Under the pieces are notes generated by a model, which ran no database searches, had not been told where the DNA came from, and was given only the letters and a program-made list of their open reading frames with translations. From assembly GCF_009914755.1 (NCBI RefSeq), contig NC_060931.1: a DNA stretch of 64,000 bases; one strand, given 5' to 3'. Made by a program: the position numbers and the translations under genes. This document shows positions 52,359-64,000 of this stretch, piece by piece (within the stretch, counting starts at the first letter, position 1; each line of letters begins with the position of its first letter). Source of the DNA: the human T2T-CHM13v2.0 reference genome, Homo sapiens.

Positions 52359-55179
52359 TGAATCCTGCAGCACATCAAAAAGCTTATCCACCATGATCAA
52401 GTCGGCTTCATCCCCGGGATGGAAGGCTGGTTCAACATATGCAAATTGATAAACGTAATCCATCACATAAACAGAACCAATGACAAAAATCACATGATTA
52501 TCTCAATAGATACAAAAAAGGCCTTCAACAAAATCCAACGCCCTTCATGCTAAAAACTGTCAATAAACTAGGTATTGATTGAACATATCTCAAAATAATA
52601 AGAGCTATTTATGACAAACTCACATCCAATATCATACTGAATGGGCAAAAACTGGAAGCATTCCCTTTGAAAACCGGCACAAGACAAGGATGCCCTCTCT
52701 CACCACTCCTATTCAACATAGTGTTGGAAGTTCTGGCCAGGGCAATCAGGCAAAAGGAAGCAATAAAGCGTATTCAATTAGGAAAAGAAGAAGTCAAATT
52801 GTCCCTATTTGTAGACCACATGATTGTATATTTAGAAAACCCCATTGTCTCAGCCCAAAATCTCCTTAAGCTGATAAGCAACTTCACCAAAGTCTCAGGA
52901 TACAAAATCAATGCGCAAAAATCACAAGCATTCCTATACATGAATAAGAGACAAACAGAGAGCCAAATCATGAGTGAATTCCCATTCACAATTGCTACAA
53001 AGAGAATAAAATACCTAAGAATCCAACTTACAAGGGATGTGAAGGACCTTTTCAAGGAGAACTACAAACCACTGCGCAAGGAAATAAAAGAGGACACAAA
53101 CAAATGGAAGAACATTCCATGCTCATGGATAGGAAGAATCCATATAGTGAAAATGGCCATACTGCCCAAGGTATTTTATAGATTCAGTGCCATCCCCATC
53201 AAGCTACCAATGACTTTCTTCACAGAATTGGAAAAAACTACTTTAAAGTTCATATGGAGCCATAAAAGAGCCTGCATTGCCAAGACAATCCTAAGCAAAA
53301 AGAACAAAGCTGGAGACATCAAGCTACCTGACTTCAAACTGTAGTACAAGGCCACAGTAACCAAAACAGCAAGGTACTTGTACCAAAACAGAGATATAGA
53401 CCAATGGAACAGAACAGAGCCCTCAGACATAACACCACACTTCTACAACCATCTGATCTTTGACAAACCTGACAAAAACAAGAAATGGGGAAACGATTCC
53501 CTATTTAATAAATGGTGCTGGGAAACCTGGCTAGCCATATGGAGAAAGCTGACACTGGATCCCTTCCTTACACCTTATACGAAAATTAACTCAAGATGGA
53601 TTAAAGACTTAAATGTTAAACCTAAAACCATAAAAACCCTAGAAGAAAACCTAGGCAATACCATTCAGGACATAGGCATGGGCAAAGACTTCATGACTAA
53701 AACACCAAAAGCAATGGCAACAAAAGCCAAAATTGACAAATGGGATCTAATTAAACTAAAGAGCTTCTGCACAGCAAAAGAAACTACCATCAGAGTGAAT
53801 GGGCAGCCTACAGAATGGGAGAAAATTTTTGCAATCTACCCATCTGAAAAGGGCTAATATCCAGAATCTACAAAGAACTCAAACAAATTTACAAGAAAAA
53901 AAACAACCCCATCAAAAAGTGGGCAAAGGATATGAACAGACACTTCTGAAAAGAAGACATCTATGCAGCCAACAGACACATGAAAAAATGCTCATCATCA
54001 CTGATCATCAGAGAAATGCAAATCAAAACCACAATGAAAAACCATCTCATGCCAGTTAGAATAGTGACCATTAAAAAGTCAGGAAACAACAGGTGCTGGA
54101 GAGGATGTGGAGAAATAGGAACACTTTTACACTGTTGGTGGGAGTGTACATTAGTTCAACCATTGTGGAACACAGTGTGGCGATTCCTCAAGGATCTAGA
54201 ACTAGAAATACTATTTGACCCAGCAATCTTATTACTGGTATATACCCAAAGGATTATAAATCATGCTACTATAAAGACACATGCACACGTATGTTTATTG
54301 CTATTGCAGCACTATTCACAATAGCAAAGACTTGGAACCAACCCAAATGTCCATCAATGATAGACTGGATTAAGAAAATATGGCACATATACACCATGGA
54401 ATACTATGCAGCCATAAAAAAGGATGAGTTTGTGTCCTTTGCAGGGACATGGATGAAGCTAGAAACCATCATTCTCAGCAAACTGTCACAAAGACAGAAA
54501 ACCAAACACTGCATGTTCTCACTCATAGGTGGGAACTGAACAACGAAAACACTTGGACGCAGGGTGGGGAACATCAGACACCGGGGCCTGTCAGGGAGTG
54601 AGGGGCTGGGGGAGGGATAGCGTTAGCAGAAATAGCTAATGTAAATGACAAGTTGATGGGTGCAGCAAACCAACATGGCACATGTATACCTATGTATCCA
54701 ACCTGCACATTGTTCACATGTACAATGATAATTTAAAAAAAAGAATTTGCTAACAAGATAAACCTTATGTTAAGTGCTCTTGCCACAAAAGGAAAAAACT
54801 AAACAAAACAATACTAAAGGGGGACAGGAAGAAGCCTTTGGAGGTGATGGATACATTTATGGCATTGCTTGTAATGATGGTTACAGGAATGTATACATAT
54901 CTCCAGACACATTAAGTGGTATGCATTGGATATGTATAGCTTTTTATATGCCAATTATACATCAATAAAGTGGTTTAGAAGTTAATTTTAAAAATAGAAA
55001 ATATACTTGTTTCCTGGGTTTCTTCTCGGTCATTTGGTGTGTCTGTTTTGTGAAGGGTTGAGACCTGTACCAAGTTTTCTGGGCACTGTAAAGCCCTAGT
55101 TATTATGATAGGGGAGGCAGGAAATTGATGAGGCAGGGGAGATAGGAGAGACATTTCGTGACATAGGTATGCAAAAATG

Positions 55180-56099
<920 letters not shown>

Positions 56100-57781
56100 G
56101 TGATACACTTATTTATCCATCTATTTGTTTATGCCTAGCCGACTTTAGAAAGGGTTGAATGTGGTGGACAAAAGGACATCGACGCCAAAGTATTTTAAGG
56201 TGAAGAAATATAAGTGAAGGAAAAATAAGTATAGGAAATTGCAGGAGGGAAGTCCCAGGAAACTTGTTAGAGGTACAGACTTGAGACCCATAGCCAGAGG
56301 GTGACATGATGAATTACATGTTTCACCATATTCACTAGGTTAAAAAATTAGCTGTTTGCTCGTGGAAAATATGTCTAGTTCTGGGAGACACTGTGTAATA
56401 TCATCAAGAGTGTCCTAAATTATCAGAAAGGCAGCAATTAATATTATAGTGCTTTTCTAAAGATGTAAAACAACTTATTCCCTCACTACAAAATTAAGAG
56501 AGGCTCAACATAAGGTGCTTGGAAAATCCTCATCATCAGTAGCTTCTGGGAAAGATGAAAGCTTAGAAACACATTAGCCAGCTGCCTTCCTCTGCCCAGG
56601 CCCAACGAAAGTCACTGAAGAAATCTAAAAACAGGGGGAGACCTGCATCTGGAATGAGAGCCAAGGAAAGAAGCCATCCAAATACCAGAAACTTCTAAGA
56701 ATTCCCAGCACACGAGGGAGCAGATGAAACACGGAAGCCAAGTGTATAATGTATAATTCAGCCCCCGGGAGAACTCCCTGGCCTTGTAGAGGATGAACTG
56801 ATACTCACAAGTTTATAGGGTGAGGGCAGCCGGTGAGAACGCGACACGAGAGGTTCCAGGAAGCCCAACGCGGGAGTCATTTTAGTACCGCAGCTTGTCA
56901 GAATTTAAGGGCAGCTGAGAGGCAGGGTTCGGAGTTTATGCGGCTCAGCTGAGAGAAAGCCGTAGAAAGAAGAGATTCCCCGAGAGTGGCAGGGCTCTCT
57001 GGGAGAGTCATGGAGCAGGGAGAAACCAGGAGGGAGTCAAATGTAGCTGTGCAGGCACAAGGCAATGGCCGCTTAACTGAGGGGAGGCCATATTTTATTT
57101 ATTTTTTACTGCTATTTACTGAAGCAGTATTTTTCTTAGCCAGCAACTCCAGAAAAGTTGACAATTTTAAAGGTCTTCACCAAAAATGAATATGAGAATA
57201 ATTAGAAAAATATCAAAATAATAAAGAGAAATATGCAGTGTTATATTAAAATGTAATATAAAACTTTGATAATTAAAACAATGCTGGAACCAGAATAACA
57301 CATATAAATCATACAAAATTTCAAATCAGTTGGCAAAAAATGAATTAGTATACGGTGTTGAAATAGCTGTCTGGCCTTTTTTCAGAATATTAGATCACCA
57401 CCCACCATAGCTAATAACAAAGTAAATTTTAGTTGGATTGAAAAAATTAACACTTCAAACATAAAAGGAGTAAAAGAATATTTGGGTAACACCTTCATAA
57501 TTTCAGTGAAGGAAAGGCCTTTCCAGGAACCATATCAAAAGCAGAAGCAAGAAGGAAAATATAGTTTTTTACTACATAAAAATTTAAATTATTTATGTAA
57601 ATAATAAATATCCATAAACAAACTTAAAAAGCAAAATTATAAATGGAAAATATTTTTATGTAACAGGCAAAGAAAAATATCCTTTTTATAAAGAAGTCTG
57701 GCAAAGAAATAAAAACATTCTAATTGAGTAAATGGGCAAAGGGCATGAACAGACTAACAAGAAACAAAGAAACATAAATGA

Positions 57782-58095
57782 GACCAGGCGCTGTGGCCCA
57801 CGCCGGTAATCCCAGCACTTCGGGAGGCTGAGGTGGGTGGATCACTTGAGGTCACAAGTTTGAGACCAGCCTGGCCAACATAGTGAAACCCTGTCTCTAC
57901 TAAAAAAATACAAAAATTAGCTGGGCATGGTGGCATGCACCTGTAATCCCGCTACTCAAGAGGCTGAGGCACAAGAATCGCTTGAACCTGGGAAGCGGAG
58001 GTTGCGGTGAGTGGAGATGGCACCACTGCACTCTAGCCCTCTAGCATTGGCAACAGAGCAAGACTTCACCAGAAAAAAAAAAAAAAAAACAACAC
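57782..58095 (+). mobile_element. AluS within old L1ME-like sequence (~57200-58460)
   Basis: Full Alu with poly-A. TSD cataaatga on both sides. Confidence 0.9.
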
Positions 58096-61000
58096 CATAA
58101 ATGAATAGAAAATGTATAGAAATATTCATTTTGACTACTAATTAAAGAATTGCAAAATTGAACATTTGGATACAAAATTTTACCAACCACATAACAAGAT
58201 TAAAAGGAAGAATTATCCAACTATTAGGAGAGTATAAGGAAATTGGTACTTTTGTTGTTACAGTGAGAGCCATAAATAGTAGGCACTTTTGAGGGAAATG
58301 TAACAATATTTGTCAAAATTTATAAATCTTCTGTTTCTAAGAGTTTATCCTAAGGAATAACAAGAACTGAGAAAAATAGATGAATATAAATTATTTATAA
58401 TAAAAAATGGAAAACAACTTAGATAATAATCGGCTATTGATAAAATTGGAGTACAGTATAACCACCGGAAAAAATGTTATTTATCAGTGCTTTTCCAATT
58501 GCACTTCCCACAGTGACCCCCAGAGGGCTCATTTTGCTGGCCTGCTCCAGGGCAGATCTGGGAGCTGCTGGCTGTCTCAGTTTCAACCAAAGATACCTGA
58601 GCTTTCAACACTTTCCTATACTGGGTTCGAGATAAAATTATATTTGAAGAAAGGATCTTACTACCTGAAAAAAAATGCCACTTGTACAAGTTCATATTTC
58701 TTAACAGGAAAAGATGGTCATAACAGGCTTTTCAGAGGAAAAAAATTAGGTTACAAGGTAGGATCTGTATCATGATCTCATTTCTAAATGTGTAATCTAT
58801 GTATTATATATGCATGCGTTATCAAAATTTAAGCTTGACGTTTCTGGTTGGTGCCACTATGGATTTTTTTCCTTTTCGCTTATTTTTATTTGCTAGTGTT
58901 TCTATAATCAATGTGTGTAACTTATACGATTTTATAAAAAGGTAAATGAGTTACATGGAAAAGAGGAAGGCTAAGCGGCAGAGAAGTACAGAAATGGACA
59001 AGAGCACATGGAAGAGGGAGTCTGACTTTCCGGGGGTGAGAAACATGAGACAGTCTACCTTATATGCAAACCTGCATTTCATCTGTTCGATCCTGGATCC
59101 TTCAGCCCTGAGAAGTCACTCTTCATGGCAAATGGGCTCAGCTGCCTGGAAGGCCATCAGTCTCCCTGCTGTGGCAGCTGCGTCACAGCCTAAGAGAGTG
59201 GGGCTTTCACAGTGTAGCCCCAGCACCAGTAAGAGAAAAACAGCTCCAAGCCTATACCCTGCTGGGCCTTTGGGGAAACATCTTCGGAGACCTTGGTAGA
59301 ATTGATTCTAAAGTATGATTCTATACTCTCTTCCCTGTCCATCCCTCTCAAAAGTGAATGCACTGTTCATCCATCAAGTGGAAACTTTGTGGGGCCCAGG
59401 AGTCACACGTTGCCCTTAAGAGTGCCCTGGAACCTATAGAAGAAGATGACATTAGAATTCTAACCATTGAAAGAACAAGAGCACAGGGGGCAGCTACTAA
59501 TGTCACCCAGGACCATAGAAACCCATCAGGCTTCACACCCCCACCATCAAGAAGAACCCCCTCCAGTCCTATTACCTGCCCTCTTCATCCCACCCTGCTT
59601 CTTTCTTAATCTGAACTCCCACTGCTTCTCTCCACGCCTGGTTTTTCTCTGTTCCTTTAGGGACCAGCTCCCCTATGCCATCAAACTCCTAATGGGAGGC
59701 TCCCTCCACCTCCTGCCTCCTGAGGTGGCTGATTCCCTTAAGACATCTCAAGAGGATGCTCCTCAACCTTCCTTTTTAGGTACCTCATGGCCTGGTGGTG
59801 GTGAAGACATTTTCCTACCGTTCTAGACCACCTCCAGGCCTTTTCTCCTTCAGTATTGCATACGCATGCCCTCTCTGTTTCTCTGATGCTCATGCTATCA
59901 GTCTAGACTACCTTCTACAACACCTCCCCATATGTCTGTGCCCATATGGCCATGGCCCTCATCCAGTGAAGATGTTGACACTATTCTCAGTCTCTCACCT
60001 TTCATACTGTCCTAATCACAGGTGACTCGATGTCTACATAAACTAAGTCTAGTGAGAGGGCTTCACATGATGACTCACAGAGCTTGACATGTTCCCTGCA
60101 TTTGAAAGCATTGTGGACCAATGACTACATCACACCTGAGAATGTTGAAGAGAAGCTGGCTGGCGCTGTGGTCCTAGCCCAGGGGGCTGATGTAAAACCT
60201 GCATCATGAAGTTTGCCTGAGGCTGTGTTAAAAAAGATCCTGCCCCAGACATTTCTGCCAGAGAAAGAGGCCTCCCTGAAGGTCACCAGGGAGGGTGGAA
60301 GGTCACTGCCCAAGTCAAGGAAGTGGCCACCAGCAAGACCCCACAGGATAATTTCCAAAGGACCCAGAAAAGTTCCTCAGGGGACCAAGAATCAGCTTTG
60401 GATGCAGCCAGGCACAGAGAGCACAAAGCCCTCTGATGACAGCAGCAGTCAAGCAAGAACTCTGTCTTCTTCCTCCTCCTGGTTCCCTGTACCCCAGCTC
60501 CAGAGAGACCCCAATGTGGATAGCAACCTGGGGGAGGAGGAGGAATAGCAGACAAGGATAGAAAGCAGAAGGGCTGGTACCTCTGCTGGACTTCCTACTT
60601 GAAGCAAGCCCACCTAGGGAGAAAAGACTTAACTTGAAATCTTCTTGGGAATTTGGGGTTTTTTTATTGTTATCTAGGATTTTAATTACTAATTTTCATG
60701 TAATTATTAAATTGACCAATGTTTACCACTTAATGTGTCAGTCACCTGTGAGTCATCACTAACATCAAGGGACTCGAGTTTCCAAATGCAGGCAGGAAAA
60801 CCTCTCCCCCTGTCCCCAGTGGATTACCGGTTGCATGTAAGGAACAGGAAAGACCTTAATCAGATTGCTATTATAATTCTACCCCAAGACTCCTGCTTGC
60901 TCAGTGGGCCAATAACAACTCTTTTCTACATGAATCTAATATCTCTTTTCAGTGCATACAATTCAGGAAGAACAGAACCCTAGATATTATTCTCCTAAAT

Positions 61001-62073
61001 ATTTTGGGTTTGGATTTTAATAGAGTCCCTAGTTTCCTCTAGATTTTTCTCACTTCTTGTAGCTCGACCACAGTCAACACACTGTCGAACAACACCACCT
61101 GACTCTACATTCCAACCCCACCCAAAGACACACACCTGCTTTCCAAGTTGAAAGTAGGGGAGCAAGGTGGCCTCTTATTTCTGGAAGAAGGTCCCAGAGC
61201 CAATGAGCACAGAAAGCCCAGCTAGGTGAGGGATTAAGATGAGAGTTTCAACAACAGCTTGACAGAAAGCATCACATCATAACAACGGGTGTATTTTAAA
61301 GGTACTTGCTTATGTATTAATTGTCTCTCTCCAGCCCCATCATAACCAGCTGAGGTGGCCAGAGCAGGTATTTTTTATACCAATTTAAAGAAAAGATGAG
61401 GCTGAGACTGCATGGTTTAGCCAAGGTCAGAATATTGCAACTAAAGTCCAGTGTGCAGACATAGCTACCAGGTTTCTGGGCTGGTTTTGAATGCACCCTA
61501 CTCTCCAGAACGAAGTTCAGTGTTCTTTCTCTGCCTTGTAAGTCCACCCATGTTCCTACCAAAAAAAAAAAAAAAGAAAGAAGTTTCCTTCCCATTTGGC
61601 AAATAACTCTCAAAAACTGTCCCAGTGCTTTGCAGTGCTGGGTACAGTGAAAAGATGCCACGTGGACCAAAGGCTGTAGCCCTGCCTGGTAACAAGAGAC
61701 TGCATATGGGTAGACACAACTCAGCATTTGCACCGCAACTTACCAAATGTACATGGTACAAACTGAGCTCCCTAATACTGCAGGAATGGATGCGTCAGCA
61801 TCTCAAGTCAGATGGGTAAATCAGGAAAGAAAAAGCACCAACCTTAGGCCAGGCAATGTGCTGGCTTCTGTTCAAGCTTCCCTTTGTAATCTTCACATTG
61901 ACAATGTATGGAGATACTGTATCCCTGTTTACAGAGAAGGAAACTGAGGCTCTGGGAGGTTCTTTGAGGTCCAGGGTGGCTGCCCCACAGTGATCCTTTT
62001 CTATAGCAGACTCCATTGTGCTCCCAAAAATGGTTGCCACATACCCAGACATTCCTCTCTTTTCTTTGGGCAG

Positions 62074-62275
62074 AAAAGCAAGCCAGGGTCCTCATTGTGA
62101 TCGCCTGGAGCCTGTCTTTTCTGTTCTCCATTCCCACCCTGATCATATTTGGGAAGAGGACACTGTCCAACGGTGAAGTGCAGTGCTGGGCCCTGTGGCC
62201 TGACGACTCCTACTGGACCCCATACATGACCATCGTGGCCTTCCTGGTGTACTTCATCCCTCTGACAATCATCAG
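62074..62275 (+). CDS. NPSR1: NPSR1 coding exon 5 (202 bp; TM4-ECL2-TM5)
   Basis: Acceptor ttcctctcttttctttgggcag, donor AG|gtaag. Translates (E)KQARVLIVIAWSLSFLFSIPTLIIFGKRTLSNGEVQCWALWPDDSYWTPYMTIVAFLVYFIPLTII. Phase 1 entry matches the exon 4 exit. Confidence 0.97.
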
Positions 62276-63511
62276 GTAAGAAGCCGTCAGGACAGGACCA
62301 CACGGGGGGGTGGGGCGGGGGGGGCTTTCCTGTTTCTCCAGCTGTTGCTCTCCTCCCCAACAGACCCATTTTTCCTAGTGCCCTTGAGGGAACTGACCAG
62401 GCCACAAGATTTTATGTGTAGCTACCATAGGCTAAGCCCAATTTCTTCAAAGTAGAGTAAGGAGAAGGGAATTAACAATTACTGGGTATATAGGGCAGGC
62501 ATTGTGCTAAATAGCTAACAATTATCACATTAGCCACAGTATAACCCTGTGAAATAATTTCCATTGCCCCAATTTAATGAATGATGAAACTCAAGCTCAG
62601 AGTGATTAAGTAACTTATTCAACATCAAACAGGATTGATATCCAGGTTTTTCTGAAATCATACCATATTATTTCTTTTATATCTCGCAGCCTTCCAAATA
62701 TAAGGCAAATTACCAGTTTCAGGGATTTTGTAAATGAAAAGATAGACATACTTGAAACAAACTGAACACAAAACTCAGTATGCACTAATATGCTAAACTG
62801 TCTATGCAGTGGAGTCAGATAATGGCAGGGAATATATTTTGGAAGCCACCATTGAAGGAGGAAATGATTCAGGTAGGATAAGGGAGAAGTGGGGAGGAAG
62901 CAGAGTCTGTGATGACCAGAAATCAGAGTGAGTGTAGAGGCAGAGTGGACAGGTACACAGTGCCAGTGGGACAGAAGTTGGCAGTGAGCTCCTCCCAGTG
63001 ACTGGGGGAGGCTCAGTTGTGAATGACCTTGGCAAAAAAGTCATAGGAAGTCCTTTGTCCTGCAGCCAATGGTGAGCTGTAGAGGGTCTTTCAACAGAGA
63101 TTAGCACAACAACCTGGTCAAGGTAGGGTCTCACTTGGCCATGCCATGTGGCAGGATCACCCTCTGAAATGGGCTCTGCATGTGTAGATGGGGTGGGAGA
63201 CTACAGGAAGAGACCTGGCACATTGTGTGTATCCTTGAGCCATGATGATGCTGCACCTTTTGGGTAGGTCTAAGCCTGCCATAGTGTGTCATATAACACA
63301 TTGTAAGCAAAGGAAGATTATCAGCCTTTGTTTTTGATAGTGTAAAGAGAGCTGTGATAAAAATCCTTGTACTTAAAACTGTACATGAGTCTCTGGTTAT
63401 TTCCTCATAACTCATTCTTGTGGAATTACTAGATCAAAGGTATAGATCAAAGATGATGCACATTTTAAAACTTTTGATGCAGAGTCACAAGCTGCCCTTG
63501 AGAAAAGCTGT

Positions 63512-63547
63512 ATTGCTTCTTGGCCTGTTAGCTAAGATCACTTGTAG
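63512..63547 (+). pseudogene. 3'-truncated U2 snRNA retrocopy (first ~36 nt)
   Basis: attgcttcttggcctgttagctaagatcacttgtag vs U2 ATCGCTTCTCGGCCTTTTGGCTAAGATCAAGTGTAG. Imperfect TSD agaaaagctgt / agaaaaggtat. Confidence 0.8.
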
Positions 63548-64000
63548 AAAAGGTATATTCTGGGCAATACCATACAAGGGCTCTTGTTTTCTGCTCCCCT
63601 GACCCAATGGAAGGTAGCACTATTACCTTACTAAATCTTTGCCAACCTAAGAGTTTAAAAAGTATTTCATTGTTTTAATATGCATTTCTTTAATTACTAA
63701 GCTGGTGGCATGTTTTTCAAGTGTTTTCTGATACAGTGGGAGTCACCTTTTCCTGCTCATTATTCATCTTTAGTCTAATAAAATACTATAGCTGGGAGAA
63801 ACGTTATCCATCATATGGTCAAACCCCTGAATTTTTCATAAGAGTAGAATTAAGACTAAAAGAAGTTAACTGCCTTGCCCCCGCCCCCTCATCAGAGATT
63901 GAGATGGGCAAGCACATAGTGACCTCAAAAGCCAACCCAGCAGCCTTTCCAAAATGGGGTGTTGTCCAGTCATCTCTGCTGAATGGACAACTTAACACCA

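Noticed and set aside
58400-62000. Cluster of 60-138 aa ORFs on both strands
   Set aside because: No recognisable homology or consistent splice structure; expected by chance in moderately GC-rich intron.
62016-62279. 87-aa ORF as a stand-alone gene
   Set aside because: It is NPSR1 exon 5 extended into intron sequence; the true limits are the splice sites at 62074 and 62275.

Overview
Human (or very close great-ape) genomic DNA inside NPSR1 (neuropeptide S receptor 1, chr7p14), + strand. The window holds three internal coding exons: exon 3 (12268-12371, Asn107 allele), exon 4 (46443-46536, DRY motif) and exon 5 (62074-62275). All have canonical AG/GT ends and consistent phases. Almost everything else is transposon-derived. 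It includes an ERVL pol/dUTPase relic, a ~27 kb nested L1 cluster in intron 3 (old L1M hosts carrying THE1, a full-length Tigger1, Alus and three young L1PA copies), MER50/MER4/MLT/MST LTRs, a full-length L1PA6/7-type element in intron 4 and a truncated U2 snRNA retrocopy. I see no new host gene and no prokaryote-type system. The most unusual signals are: (i) neighbouring L1PA copies, even of different ages, share the same non-consensus substitutions, which suggests local ectopic gene conversion; (ii) a twin-primed L1 with a 3' transduction is nested inside another L1 that carries its own short transduction; (iii) an old full-length L1 keeps ORF1 and antisense ORF0 open despite in-frame indels while ORF2 is broken; (iv) a ~38-bp fold-back hairpin pairs better on the antisense strand. 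Repeat subfamily names and consensus comparisons are from recall and need RepeatMasker/Dfam confirmation.
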